A stretch of 64,000 nucleotides of DNA from Myxococcota bacterium (lineage in GTDB: Bacteria; Myxococcota_A; UBA796; GCA-2862545), in assembly GCA_039208735.1 (NCBI GenBank), contig JBCCQY010000022.1, positions 13,546 to 77,545 on the forward strand, given 5' to 3'. Both the position numbers and the translations under genes were made by a program. The notes under the pieces are model-generated. The model worked only from the letters and a program-made list of their open reading frames with translations, did no database searches and had not been told where the DNA came from. This document shows, in pieces, positions 9,023 through 19,900 of this stretch (position 1 is its first letter; each line of letters begins with the position of its first letter).

Positions 9023-9596
9023 GCACCTCGGCGCTCAGGACCGCCCCCGTGACGTCATCGAGGATGCGGCTGCGGGCGAAGTCCGCCAAGAGTCTGCGAT
9101 GGGCATCGGGCTGCAGGAGAATTTCGGTCACCAGTCGTACGTCTTCTCGGCCGACGATCAGGCGGAGCGGGCCCGCCGGGACATTGTTGAACTTCGCAAT
9201 GCCCCCGGCCAGTTCGATGCGATGCTCCGCAACTTCGACCTCGCAGTGGGCCGGAATGCAGCGCACGTCGATGGCTCCAGTTTCCGCCTCCAGCCGAACC
9301 AATCGGGTCGACACCTCGACACGGGCCGACACCTGCGGAGCAAGGGTTTCGACCACGACTTCTTTGACCGCCCGATGCGTCCGAAAGCGTACGATCTCGG
9401 CGCGGTCGCGAAAGCCTCGTTTGCGAAAGGTGACCACGTGGGACCCTGTGGCCAATTCGGTCAAGTACAAGCCATCCTGCTCGGCTTGGCTGACGCCACG
9501 AAACTCACCGTCCACGTAAATCCGGATGCCCGGGTCGCAGGTGATTTGAAGGTCAGCCCCCTGCGACACGGCCGCAATCCAAACCGCCAGCACCAT
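8988..9596 (-). CDS. PEGA domain protein
   Basis: LQITCDPGIRIYVDGEFRG...L..GSHVVTFRKRGF resembles PEGA; short signal peptide. Confidence 0.7.
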   Translation of the reverse strand: MVLAVWIAAVSQGADLQITCDPGIRIYVDGEFRGVSQAEQDGLYLTELATGSHVVTFRKRGFRDRAEIVRFRTHRAVKEVVVETLAPQVSARVEVSTRLVRLEAETGAIDVRCIPAHCEVEVAEHRIELAGGIAKFNNVPAGPLRLIVGREDVRLVTEILLQPDAHRRLLADFARSRILDDVTGAVLSAEVLRDSPEAEGAP

Positions 9597-9626
9597 GAGC
9601 CCCCCTTGGCTGGGTGCCTGGTAACG

Positions 9627-10106
9627 CTACTCGCCTGCTTCCGGCCGGTCGATGAGCGCCTCGATGGCCTTTTCGACGTCGGCCAGTGCGGCCTGGGTGA
9701 CCGCCAAGTCGTCGGTGACCTGAATGTCGATGCCCGCGACACGAGCCGCGAGTTCTGCGTCGCCTCCTGCCTCGAGATGGCGAGACGCGGCTTCGCTACG
9801 CGACCGCGCCGTGCCGAAATTGCCCTGAGTCAGTTCGGCGCGCGCCCCGGCCACGTCGAGGAATGCGTGCAACCGGCTGTTGTTGGTGCGGGCGACATCG
9901 CGCTCGGCGGCCACCTCGGCCACGCGTTCGTCGCACACCGAGTCGGACCGTTCGAGTTCAGTTTCGAGCTGCCCCACCTTGGTAGATTGGCCATACCAGA
10001 CGTAGCCTGCCGCAATTGCGGCAACGACCAGCGCAATGCCGGTGGTGACAAAGAACTGGCGAACACGGTCTGCAACGCTGCGAGACGGAGGATTGGGCTC
10101 GGCCAT
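9627..10106 (-). CDS. Hypothetical single-pass membrane protein with helical C-terminal region
   Basis: AGGAG RBS; TM segment FFVTTGIALVVAAIAAGYVWY; Ala/Glu-rich helical region. Confidence 0.65.
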   Translation of the reverse strand: MAEPNPPSRSVADRVRQFFVTTGIALVVAAIAAGYVWYGQSTKVGQLETELERSDSVCDERVAEVAAERDVARTNNSRLHAFLDVAGARAELTQGNFGTARSRSEAASRHLEAGGDAELAARVAGIDIQVTDDLAVTQAALADVEKAIEALIDRPEAGE

Positions 10107-10295
10107 GGCAAATGCTCCTAAAGGATCGCTGTCCGGTTGCCGCACACTACGATCCGGCCTCGTCCTTATTCCGCCATCTCAGTTTGTCGCGGGGGACGAC
10201 AGTGTATCACCCGCAGAATCTGCAGTAGACACCTCGGACAAGCGCCATCTACCGTCGGAAGGTTCGCCAACGCGTGAACTGGAGGAACACAACCC

Positions 10296-10826
10296 ATGCG
10301 ATGGACCTTGATGCTTGGTCTGGCGGCTCTGCCCGGCCTGATGGCGTGCACCGGAGATGACAAGTCGGACTCCGCTTCCGACCCCGATGCCGATGCTGAC
10401 ACGGATGCCGATTCAGACAGCGATTCCGATGCAGATTCCGACTCCGACACGGATGCGGATTCCGACGCCGACACGGATGCGGATTCCGACGCCGATACGG
10501 ATGCGGATTCCGACGCCGACACGGATAGTGACACCGACGCCGATACCGATACCGACCCGCAAACCTGCGCCCAGACCGCACCTGCGAACTGCATGGGCCC
10601 AGACTGCGTGTTGATCGAATCGTTCGGTGCAGGCACCGACGGGAATGGCGACCTCTGTGTGGACTACACGCAGGCCAACATTCCGCAGGGATGTCAGGAT
10701 GCCAAAACCGCGTGCGGCGACGCCATCACGGGCGGTTCTCCCCCAGGGAGCACCGACTGCTACGCGTTCCCCGACACGTGCATTCCCGCCGGCTGGACGA
10801 AGTGCAACTACAGCATCTGTCCGTAA
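10296..10826 (+). CDS. Lipoprotein with D-S/A/T repeat linker and Cys-rich C-terminal domain
   Basis: GGAGG RBS, lipobox [12 protein letters not shown] repeats, eight Cys in the C-terminal domain. Confidence 0.75.
   Translation: MRWTLMLGLAALPGLMACTGDDKSDSASDPDADADTDADSDSDSDADSDSDTDADSDADTDADSDADTDADSDADTDSDTDADTDTDPQTCAQTAPANCMGPDCVLIESFGAGTDGNGDLCVDYTQANIPQGCQDAKTACGDAITGGSPPGSTDCYAFPDTCIPAGWTKCNYSICP
10365..10557 (+). repeat. Coding tandem repeat (6-bp and 24-bp periodicity) encoding alternating Asp-X
   Basis: gatgcggattccgacgccgacacg-like units repeated in tandem. Confidence 0.9.
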
Positions 10827-10906
10827 GGTCGCCGGGCATCGACGCGAGGCGGCTCTCGCGCTGAAGCCACGCCCTCTGCGGTCCGAGAAGAGGACAGGAG
10901 GGCAGC

Positions 10907-11659
10907 ATGTCGGGTCCGATGACACAGCGTGCTGCGGCCAGCCAGGCCAAGCAGTTCGTGCACGACAGCATCGATCGCCTTGGGCTTCCATCGGACGTGG
11001 TGCTGTCGGTTCTGTCGGCGACCGAGGAGGGTTCAGGAGGTCGTGACCTGGCCTCCCTTGTCGAGCAAGACCCCGTGCTGGCGGGTCGCATCTTGAGAAT
11101 GGCACGGTCCCCATTCTTTTCGGGCACAAGACCCGTGACCACCGTCCTCGAAGCCGTCAATCGACTTGGGGCCAGACCCATCCGAAACCTGGTGATCGCA
11201 AGCGAGCTTCGGGACCGATCCTCCGAGGCTCCCGACTACTACGCTCCGGGCGGCTTCATGACCCATTCCCTGACGTCGGGCACCTTGTGCCGGGCGGTCG
11301 CCGCCGAGAGCCGCCAGTTCGAACGCGACCTTGCCTACCTGGCCGGCCTAATGCACGACGTGGGGGAACTCTGTCCCGTGGACGGCCTCGATCACACCGT
11401 GGTGGGCGCGATGATTTCGGCGCGATGGCGGCTGCCCGACGCCATTCGTGACGCGATCGCGCTTCACCACGAATCCAATGTCGAAAGCGGCACGCTCGCG
11501 GGTCTCGTATGCGCCTGTGACTTTGTTTGTCGGGCCTCGGGCGTGGGGCTCCGGGAGCCCATGGCGGTCCCGACGCCTCCTGCGACGCTTCGGGTGTGGG
11601 TCGACTCCTGCAAGACCCATCTCGAAGAAGCCATGGAGACTGCGCGTGCCATTGGTTGA
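10907..11659 (+). CDS. HDOD domain protein
   Basis: DPVLAGRILRMARSPFF, AVNRLG, AYLAGLMHDVG and W.LP..I..AI..HH motifs. Confidence 0.88.
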   Translation: MSGPMTQRAAASQAKQFVHDSIDRLGLPSDVVLSVLSATEEGSGGRDLASLVEQDPVLAGRILRMARSPFFSGTRPVTTVLEAVNRLGARPIRNLVIASELRDRSSEAPDYYAPGGFMTHSLTSGTLCRAVAAESRQFERDLAYLAGLMHDVGELCPVDGLDHTVVGAMISARWRLPDAIRDAIALHHESNVESGTLAGLVCACDFVCRASGVGLREPMAVPTPPATLRVWVDSCKTHLEEAMETARAIG

Positions 11660-13148
11660 TGTCCCTGACGTGGACTGGGTCGATGCGCTCGCCCAGGCCA
11701 CCTCGACGGACGAACTCCAGGCCGCCACCCGGCGGACCCTGCAGCAACTCCTGGGTGGGCCATTTCGCGTCAGCGTAGGTCTGCACTCTTGGATCGAACA
11801 TGAGGCGTCCAAACTCGGCCCCCAGTCACATACGTTCGACATCAAGCGTGAACAAGCCTGCCTCGTCACCGCGAACGAACCTCCGTTAACCGCCCGGTTT
11901 ACGGTCAATCTTGCCGTGGCGCTGCTGGGATTGCTCGAGTCGAACGAATGCCTTGAACACGGTATGCAAGTCGCACGGTGTCAGCTCCATGCCGCTGAAC
12001 GCACCCAAAGCTTCCTGTCCGAGGTTGATGAGGACCGACTTTTGGTCGGGATTCTCAACACCGGTATGGACCTGCTCGCCGCCCAGCTTGGGGTCCTGGC
12101 GTCCCAAGACAAAGACGGGTGGTCGGTGCGAATGAGCTTTGGTCTGCCCCTCGAGGCCATTCCCTGTCATCTGCTCGATCAGGCCATCGTGGCCCACGAG
12201 CCCATGTTCAAGCGCATCGTGGTGAGGGAAGACTTCGAAACCGACATCCTCATCGTGCCCATCACCGCCCGCGACGAGGCCATCTGCTTTGTCGTGACGG
12301 ACTACGAGGCAGACGAGGCCTCGGCCACGGCCATGTCGACCGTGTTGAGCGGCCTGGCTGCCATCGCACTGTCCAATGCGTCGCTGGTCGCCGAGGCTCT
12401 CGATCGTCAGGCGTTGAAGGCGGAACTCTCCGTCGCCGCCACGACCCAGCAAGGCCTCCTTCCGGATGCCCCACCGACCATCGCAGGTCTGATGATCAGC
12501 AGTCACTGCGAGCCATCGGGGGATTGTGGGGGCGACTACTTCGACTTCTTTGAACTCGACGATGGCAGCTTCATGTTCTGTGTGGCCGACGTCTCGGGAC
12601 ACGGAGTGGGCCCTGCCCTGCTCATGGCCACCTTGCGGGGCTACCTTCGGTGTCTGTTGCGGTGGGTCGCGGACGTCGGCGAGATCGCAGCCCTGCTGAA
12701 CGAAATGCTCGCCGATGACCTCAGTCCGAATCAATTCATCACTTGCTTTCTGGGCCACATCGACGCCAATGCGACCACGCTGCAGTTCTGCAGCGCGGGC
12801 CACGAGACCGGGTTGCTCGTGATGGACGGCGAACTGTTTGAACTGGCCGCAGATGCGCCCCCCCTTGGCGTCATGGTGGGCATGAACCCTGGGGTACAGG
12901 AAATCGATCTGCGCCCTGGCGCGTTCATGGCCGTCGTGACGGACGGACTTGCAGAGTCCGAAGACGCCGATGGGACACCCTACAGTCGCAGCCGATTGGC
13001 CGACAAAGTCAAAGAGGTCTCCCATTGGGAAAGTGTGGATGACGCCTTGGCCAACATCCTCGCCGATGTCACCCAACACCGGGGTCGGGCCCCTAAGGTC
13101 GACGACGAGACGATCGTGATCGTCCGTGCCACGGAGCGTGCATCGTGA
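11652..13148 (+). CDS. GAF-like domain plus PP2C/SpoIIE (RsbU-like) serine phosphatase
   Basis: CGGDYFD, ADVSGHG, SAGHE, TDGLAE and DDETI motifs. The TTG start overlapping the HDOD stop is uncertain. Confidence 0.85.
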   Translation: MVDVPDVDWVDALAQATSTDELQAATRRTLQQLLGGPFRVSVGLHSWIEHEASKLGPQSHTFDIKREQACLVTANEPPLTARFTVNLAVALLGLLESNECLEHGMQVARCQLHAAERTQSFLSEVDEDRLLVGILNTGMDLLAAQLGVLASQDKDGWSVRMSFGLPLEAIPCHLLDQAIVAHEPMFKRIVVREDFETDILIVPITARDEAICFVVTDYEADEASATAMSTVLSGLAAIALSNASLVAEALDRQALKAELSVAATTQQGLLPDAPPTIAGLMISSHCEPSGDCGGDYFDFFELDDGSFMFCVADVSGHGVGPALLMATLRGYLRCLLRWVADVGEIAALLNEMLADDLSPNQFITCFLGHIDANATTLQFCSAGHETGLLVMDGELFELAADAPPLGVMVGMNPGVQEIDLRPGAFMAVVTDGLAESEDADGTPYSRSRLADKVKEVSHWESVDDALANILADVTQHRGRAPKVDDETIVIVRATERAS

Positions 13149-13621
13149 GCATCAAAAAACGAAGCGCAGCCCGTATCGAACTCGACGAACTCATCGGTTT
13201 TTCGATCGACGGGGGACCTCGGGTGGTCGCGAGATGCCTCGATCTCACCACGGGCGGCATGTTCATCGCGTCGACCGCGTCCCCCGCCTACGGCGCGACC
13301 ATCATCATCGACATCGACCTTCCGGGACTCACCCTGCCGAGCATTGAGGCCGTGGTGCGATGGTCCCGCCAGGGCGGGTTCGGCGTTCAGTTTGGCAAGC
13401 TTTCGCCTGACGACACCAAAGCGATTGCCGCGTTCCTCGCATCGTACGGCCCCGCCCCCAAGCAGCAGGTCCGAGCGGCCAATCCCGTTCGCACCCTGGT
13501 CGCGAACTTGGGCCCGGCAACGTTTGTCGCCAAGCTCAAGGAGCTGGTTGGCGACGGCGCGTTCGACGAAGCCAAGCTGTGTGAGGCGTTAAGCCAAGCG
13601 ACCAAAGCCACCACAGCCTAA
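13145..13621 (+). CDS. PilZ domain protein
   Basis: RSAAR (RxxxR), DLTTGGMFI and VVRW...GFGVQF; GTGA overlap with the upstream gene. Confidence 0.82.
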   Translation: MSIKKRSAARIELDELIGFSIDGGPRVVARCLDLTTGGMFIASTASPAYGATIIIDIDLPGLTLPSIEAVVRWSRQGGFGVQFGKLSPDDTKAIAAFLASYGPAPKQQVRAANPVRTLVANLGPATFVAKLKELVGDGAFDEAKLCEALSQATKATTA

Positions 13622-13671
13622 ACCTGTGGCGGTCAGCGATGACCGTACGACTTCACGTCGGTCCTCCTGCA

Positions 13672-14121
13672 TTAAGGACAGGCGGCCACCGGAAGCGGCA
13701 CCGAAGCGTTCAATTCGTTGCCGCCCGACGCACAGGCGACCCACGAGAGGCACTCGAAGACCGAAGTAGCAATGAACAGCCCCATTCCACCTTCGGCCAA
13801 CGACGACACGTCATCGGGGTCGACCTCGGGCAGGGACACGCCATCGAGCAAGCCGTGAGGCACCGGTCGTCCGTCGTCCTTGACCCGCAACACCATGCGG
13901 TCGTCTTGAACGTGCAGCGTGATGGCGATGCGATGGCCCGGTTCCTCGCGGTAGGCGTGTTCCACCACGTTGTTGAGCAGTTCGGCCGTCGCGACCGCGA
14001 GCATCTGTGCTTCCTCTTCAGGAAAGCCAAGTCGAACGGCAAACCCCTCGACGGCCTCGGTCCCGAGGCAGATATCCTCATACCGGCTCGAAAGCTCGAT
14101 TTTCACAGGCTCGAAGGCCAT
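13672..14121 (-). CDS. Anti-sigma factor / serine kinase (RsbW-like HATPase)
   Basis: ELLNNVVEHAY, VKDDG and EGGMGLFI motifs. Confidence 0.87.
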   Translation of the reverse strand: MAFEPVKIELSSRYEDICLGTEAVEGFAVRLGFPEEEAQMLAVATAELLNNVVEHAYREEPGHRIAITLHVQDDRMVLRVKDDGRPVPHGLLDGVSLPEVDPDDVSSLAEGGMGLFIATSVFECLSWVACASGGNELNASVPLPVAACP

Positions 14122-14143
14122 CCGGTCACCGTTCCTGAAGGGG

Positions 14144-14479
14144 TTAGGCGGCGGGCAGAGGCTCCGCGAGGGCGGCCTCCACAGTTGCGAATGGAGGAAA
14201 CACGCGGTCGAGACGGGTAAGCTCAATGATCTTTCGGACCGGCGTCGTGCAGTGAGCCAGACGGAGTTCGCAGCCCTTGGGCATGACCTTCAGCACGCCG
14301 ACAATGGCCCCGAGGCCCGCCGAATCCACGTACTGAACCTTGCTCATGTCGAGAACCACCAGGCAATGCCCATCGACCGCAGCGGCCAACCCGGTTCGAA
14401 ACTCCGTGGCCCGCGCCGCGTCGAGGCGCGAATGGGGCAACCTCACCACCAGTCCGTCCTTGACTTTTTCGACTTCCAC
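14144..14479 (-). CDS. STAS domain anti-sigma factor antagonist (RsbV-like)
   Basis: LDMSKVQYVDSAGLG carrying the phospho-acceptor Ser, and LTRLDRVF. Confidence 0.9.
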   Translation of the reverse strand: MEVEKVKDGLVVRLPHSRLDAARATEFRTGLAAAVDGHCLVVLDMSKVQYVDSAGLGAIVGVLKVMPKGCELRLAHCTTPVRKIIELTRLDRVFPPFATVEAALAEPLPAA

Positions 14480-14590
14480 CGCCGCAGCTCCCGCCCTTCT
14501 TCGTTCACTTCACTGTCGGTTCCGCTGACACGGACTGTAGGCTGACCTCAGAGGCCCAAGGCATCGTCCGATGAAGCGCGAGGAGGAACC

Positions 14591-16309
14591 ATGATGTTGA
14601 TGATGTGGGCTTTAGATGCCGTGGCGAATCCCAGTGTTCCCCCTCGCCATCCCGCCCCGGTGCCTCCGGGGCCGCGCGTCCATCATCTGGGCTACTTCTC
14701 CGACCAACCCATTCGCATCCAATGGACCGCCGGTCCGAGCCTCCCCCCACCACGCCGTGGGTCGCTTCGCGATGCCAGGGGACGGATCGTCGCCAGAGCG
14801 AAGTTCGGTCCCCCGCGCTTGGATCCGCGCGCCCGTGTGGCGGTGAGCGAAGTCCAGTTCGACGGCGTAAAGCCTGGGACCTACACGGTGCGAATCGGCA
14901 AGGTGCGGCAGGCCTTGATCGTCTCGAACGCGCCTTACGCATCCACCGTGACCACCATGTTGCGGAGCTACTACCTGCAACGCTGTGGCGTCGAAATCGA
15001 TGATGCAGTCACGGGATTGGCCCATGCACCCTGCCATGTCAACGACGGTGTCGTCGAAGACTCGACGATCCAAACGGGGACCCAGGTTGCGAGCCATGGG
15101 GGTTGGCACGATGCAGGCGACTTCGGCAAGTACGTCGCTCCGCTGGCCCACACGTTAGCTCGCCTTCTGACGCTCCACGAGCGGAACCCCACGCTCGCAG
15201 GCGATGGAACCCTGCGCATTCCCGAGTCCGACAATGGCCGTTCGGATCTCGTCGACGAGGTGTGGGTAGGCCTCGACTGGCTCATGACGGCCCAGCGCGA
15301 AGATGGCGCTGTCTACCGAAAGCTTTCAGGCCAGCAGTGGCCCGGTATGGCGTCTCCGGACACCGACACCCAACCTCGCTACCTGTTTGGCGTAAGCACC
15401 CCCGAAACCGCCAAGTTCGCCGGAGTTCTCGCCCTTGCTGCGAGGGTGCTTGGCCCGAGCGACCCCAAGCGAGCGACGCGCTGCCTGAACGCCGCACAGC
15501 GAGCGTGGCAGTGGCTGGACGCCCAACCCGACCAGACGATCGACCGAGGCCCGCACGACGACAAGGGGTCGGGAGGGTACCTGGCGAGCGACATCGATCG
15601 CGAAGCGGCGTTGCGCACCGATCAGGACGACCGGCTCTACGCGGCCATCCAGCTTGCATTGGCCTCAGGCCGATCGGACTGGGACGAAGCGATTCGGCAA
15701 CGCCTCCCCACCGACGGCTCATTGCGCGTCACGTTGGCCGAATGGAAGGATCTTTCCTCACTTGCGCTGGTCGACCTTGTGCGGCACGCGCCGGAACGGC
15801 TTCAAGACGTGGTGCCGAGCGTTCGACAGGCGTTGATCGCTCGCGCCCGCGAGGCGTTGGCCCGCGCCGAGGCCTCCCCGCACCATCTCGCGAATCATCG
15901 CTTGGTTTGGGGTTCCAACAAGATGACGGCCGAGGAAGGCCATCTCCTTCTCATGGGACACGAACTCACCCAAGATGCGCGCTTCCTCGAAGCGGCGCGT
16001 TGGCAGGCGGACTGGGCGTTTGGCCTAAACCCGCTCGACCGAACCTTTGTGACGGGCATCGGACCCCGTTCGGTCGCCCATGTCAGCCACCATTGGGCAC
16101 GCACCTTGCCCGATGGCACGACCATCCCTGGGTTGGTCGTGGGGGGGCCCAACGAAGGCGCCCAGGCCAACGTGGCGGCCGAAAACTGGGGAGTCCGGTC
16201 CTACGCCGATGTCGCCCAGTCGTACGCGACGAATGAAAACGCGATTGACTACAACGCAGCGCTCATCGCATTGGTGGTCGAATTGTCGCGTGCGCTGGGC
16301 CCCTCGTAG
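14591..16309 (+). CDS. Glycoside hydrolase family 9 (endoglucanase-like) with N-terminal Ig-like region
   Basis: YLQRCG, GGWHDAGDFGKY, WGSN, GLNP..TFVTG.G and TNENAIDYNA (catalytic Asp/Asp/Glu). Confidence 0.9.
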   Translation: MMLMMWALDAVANPSVPPRHPAPVPPGPRVHHLGYFSDQPIRIQWTAGPSLPPPRRGSLRDARGRIVARAKFGPPRLDPRARVAVSEVQFDGVKPGTYTVRIGKVRQALIVSNAPYASTVTTMLRSYYLQRCGVEIDDAVTGLAHAPCHVNDGVVEDSTIQTGTQVASHGGWHDAGDFGKYVAPLAHTLARLLTLHERNPTLAGDGTLRIPESDNGRSDLVDEVWVGLDWLMTAQREDGAVYRKLSGQQWPGMASPDTDTQPRYLFGVSTPETAKFAGVLALAARVLGPSDPKRATRCLNAAQRAWQWLDAQPDQTIDRGPHDDKGSGGYLASDIDREAALRTDQDDRLYAAIQLALASGRSDWDEAIRQRLPTDGSLRVTLAEWKDLSSLALVDLVRHAPERLQDVVPSVRQALIARAREALARAEASPHHLANHRLVWGSNKMTAEEGHLLLMGHELTQDARFLEAARWQADWAFGLNPLDRTFVTGIGPRSVAHVSHHWARTLPDGTTIPGLVVGGPNEGAQANVAAENWGVRSYADVAQSYATNENAIDYNAALIALVVELSRALGPS

Positions 16310-16312
16310 CCC

Positions 16313-16864
16313 TCAGTGCGTGCGCAGCTCGACTTCGCCCGCCCCCACGCACACCTCGATCGTGTAGGGCGCGTTCGGATCGTCCACGATGGCGTTGTCG
16401 ATCACGCCTACCAGGGCACCCACTTCGAGGCGGTAGGGCCCCGGCGGAACGTCGATGGCCACCCGTCCCGCTCCCGCGCACGCAAACACGTTCGTCGGCG
16501 CATCGAGGTAAACGTCGATGCTGCCACGGTCCACCAAAAGGCCGAGGTCGGTATCGTCGGGCGTCTCAATCTCGAGGGTGCCGCCGCCGGCCAGCCCGTT
16601 CGCATCGATCACCACCGTTCCATCGACGAGTTCAGCCACGTCGGGGCTCGCGTTGTTGCCCAGACCCCCGCCTTCCCATCGGGCAAACAAGCGATCGCTC
16701 CGGCTCGTCGAAACGCGGATATCGCCATTGCCGACGCTGGCTTCCAACGTTTCCGGTGCGTCGAACGTCCACTGGGACTCGCCACCGCCCACCTCAACGA
16801 TGCAGCCAACGGCCATCGCGGCCACGATTGTCGCCCCGAAAAGGCGCCCCATTGCTCCGGTCAT
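16313..16864 (-). CDS. Hypothetical lipoprotein with beta-strand repeats (DUF4097-like)
   Basis: Lipobox-like AVGC; repeated G.G.I.V strands (VGNGDIRV, DRGSIDV, GAGRVAI, GAGEVEL). Confidence 0.6.
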   Translation of the reverse strand: MTGAMGRLFGATIVAAMAVGCIVEVGGGESQWTFDAPETLEASVGNGDIRVSTSRSDRLFARWEGGGLGNNASPDVAELVDGTVVIDANGLAGGGTLEIETPDDTDLGLLVDRGSIDVYLDAPTNVFACAGAGRVAIDVPPGPYRLEVGALVGVIDNAIVDDPNAPYTIEVCVGAGEVELRTH

Positions 16865-16933
16865 CCCTTCCTCCGAGTCTGTGTCGAGGATTGGGACACC
16901 GACCATCCAACCAAAGGTCACCCGAGCCGATAA

Positions 16934-19900
16934 CTACGCGAGATTGTCGGGTGAATCAGGTGGATCCAATGTTGCCAGCATACTTGCGGCTCCGGGATGG
17001 CCAAGGTCAGCACTGCGCTGCAACACGGGTCGGGCCTCTGCAATGCGATCCATCGCCCGCAACGTGGCCCCCAACAGGAAGTGGCCGGCGGGATGTTCGG
17101 GTTCGCGGTCGATGGCGGACCGCGCGGCCGGTTCGGCATCGGCCGCCCGGTTCAGCTCGAGCCGAACCTGGGCGAGGTTTCGCCAGCTTGCCGCGTGACC
17201 GGGATCCAGCTCGGTCGCCCGTCGCAAGCTCCACTCGGCTTGCTCGAAACGCCCTCGACGGGCGTGATGGACCCCGAGGTTGCTCCAGTGCGACGCGTCA
17301 TCGGGCTTGAGTTTGACCGTCCGTTCGCGCGCTACCAAGGCCTTTTGCGGCTCGCCAACCGCCTCGAGAATCGACGCATAGTGGTGCCAGGCCATGTCGT
17401 CGTCTCGCGCCACGGCAAGCCACCGCTCGGCGGCTTGCTGAGCCTTGGGCCACTTGCGCGCTTGCCGGTAGAGGTGGACAAGGTCGCGCCACACCGCGCC
17501 ATCTCCTGGGAATTGCCTGCCCAATTCCGACAGCTCTTCGATGGCACTTGCGGTCTGACCGCCCTTGAGGAGGAGCCGCGACAGGGCGTACCGGGCCGCG
17601 CCATCGGCAGGCTCCAAGGTAGCGGCCTCCCGGTAGGCACGGACTGCGTCGGGATACTGGGTAAGCCGCTCCAGGCACTGACCACGTTGAAAGTGCGCCT
17701 CTGCGAGGCGCCGATCGTTGCCGATCGCCCGATCGAAGGCTTGAAGCGCCTGTTCGGGGTTGCCCAGGTGCTGATACAAACGCCCCGCCACCACCTCGGC
17801 CGCGGCGAGGTCGGAAGGGGCGATCATCACGGACGGTGAATGGCCTGACGCCGCCTCGGGCATCGCGCCGTCTCCGACGCAACGGAAGGCCCCCCAAGCG
17901 CGAGGCTCAAGCCGGGTCGACAGATCGATCTGGGCCGTCCGCACCGCCTTGGCCGGAGGCTCCCCCGCGGACAGAGCTTGATGAAAAGCCTGACCAAACG
18001 CCACCATTCCCGTGTCAGAAACCCGCCCTAGCGCCACGACGATCGCTCGCGCCCCTGCCGTACGGCCCGCTTGGGCCAGCGCGACGGCCACCGGCACTTC
18101 GTCGCCTTCAGGCAAGGCACACGCCGATAGATCGATGACCTCGGTGCCGGAGAAGTCTGCCCTCGACAAGGCCTCGCTCGAAAGCCAACCCAACCCGCGC
18201 TCGGAGGGCTCAGGCGAGGCCAATGACACCAATGCGCCAGCTCCGACCAACCCTTCGGCCACGCCCTCAGCCCCTTCGGGGAGGCGGTAGGCGTGGGTGG
18301 CGACCACCAGGACCCGTGGCGACGCGGCGCCGAGGATGGCCTCGGTATTGGCTTGGTCGCCCGTCCAGGCCGCGACCCCCAGTTGTGCGGCGGCCCGCTC
18401 GGCCGCGGCATGCAACCCCGGCCGATGCGGAAAGTGCATCGGAGGGGCTTCACCGTTGGCGGCTTCCAGCGTGGGCGCACCAACCACGCGAGGTCCGGAC
18501 GGCGAGCCCACCGCATGGGCCCCCGCCGTTCCCAGCGAGCCCACATCAAAGAGGGTGACCAACTCGTGGTGAACGACCCACGGTCCGCCAGCACCGGACG
18601 GCGATGGCAACGCGCTGAAGGGGACCGCCGCCCAGGCTCCGGTGGGAATCAGATACAGCCGGTCGCCCGGCCGCAGACCCGCGAGGCTGCGCAATGGCGC
18701 GAGCAGTCGACCCGCGAGCCGACGTCCCGCCTCGGCCGAAGCTTCGCCCTCGAGGGGCGCGAAATCCCGAATCCAGGCATCGACCTCGACCGCATCGCCA
18801 AGCGACGTGAGGTAGACGGCTCCGGTGTTGCCGGCGACCGCGAATGCGACGTCTCGCTCCACGCCTGCAACGAGGTGCCGAAACCGGTGCGTCTGCAGCA
18901 GCCAGGCGCCGATCCCGAGTCGTTTCGCCAGCCCATGGGCCGTCATGTCGCGGGATGGCGCGACGCCCGCGACCCGGTCGAGGTCGTGGTCAAGTACGCG
19001 CGACGACATGGTCGCGGTGGAGGCCCCGTCGAGAGGGGTGTCGGCGAGTCGCAAAGCGACCTCGGCCCGTCCCCGCAACTCGATGGCCCGGTCGACCGCT
19101 TCACGGAGCCCGACGAGCGCCGGCGCACGTTGCAAGACTGCCCGCTGGCGCGCCATCTGGGGCCCCGGCATCTCGGGAGCCATCCGGAGCAGCCACTCGT
19201 AGGCCTGAGCCGCCACGTCGACGCCCGTGCCCGCGAGATCCACAGCGGAGGTCAGCAGCGCGTCGGACCACGCTTTGACGTCGCGCTCGGCCACCCCGAC
19301 CTGGGCCAAGGCCGTCGTCAGCAAGGTGAACGCGGCTCCTGGATCCCCAGCCGTAAGGTGAGCCTCGGTGAGGGCGCGCACGAGACCCGGCGGTTCGCAG
19401 AGCGGTCCGTCCACCGCTTCCGCCGCGTTGAGGAAGGCTCGTCCGGTCTCATCGCTGCCCGTGGCCGCGTGCGCCATCCAGGCCACCCCGAGGGCAGCCC
19501 GCGCGGCCGAGCGCGCATCGCCTCGGTTGAGGGCACCACTGTGGGCCGTTTCAAACGCCGCTCGCGCCGCCTCGCGATCGCCAGCTTCCGCCGCGGTGAC
19601 CGCAAGGGCCTCAATGGCCGAAATCATCTCGGCGCTCTCGCGGCCATGTCGCGCGGCCGCCATTGCACCGTAGGCATCGAGGTGGCGGCGCGCACCCGCG
19701 AAGTCGGCCTGGCGGGTGCACCACTTGGCGAGCCGCTCGAGGTCCTCGGCCTGTTCACGCCGAGCGTGCGCGGTACGTGGGGTGCCTCGGAGCGTCACCG
19801 CTGCTTCCAGGCGATCGATCGCCTCGTCGAGCTGACCCACCTGCTCGCACAGTCGAGCCCGTGCGGACAGCGATGCCGCGCGAAGGGGATGGTTGGCAGC

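Noticed and set aside
10365..10557. CRISPR array
   Set aside because: These are contiguous coding repeats with no unique spacers, and there are no cas genes.
10166..10636. Ser-rich (SASESASV) ORF on the minus strand
   Set aside because: It is the antisense shadow of the Asp-repeat lipoprotein, which has an RBS and lipobox.
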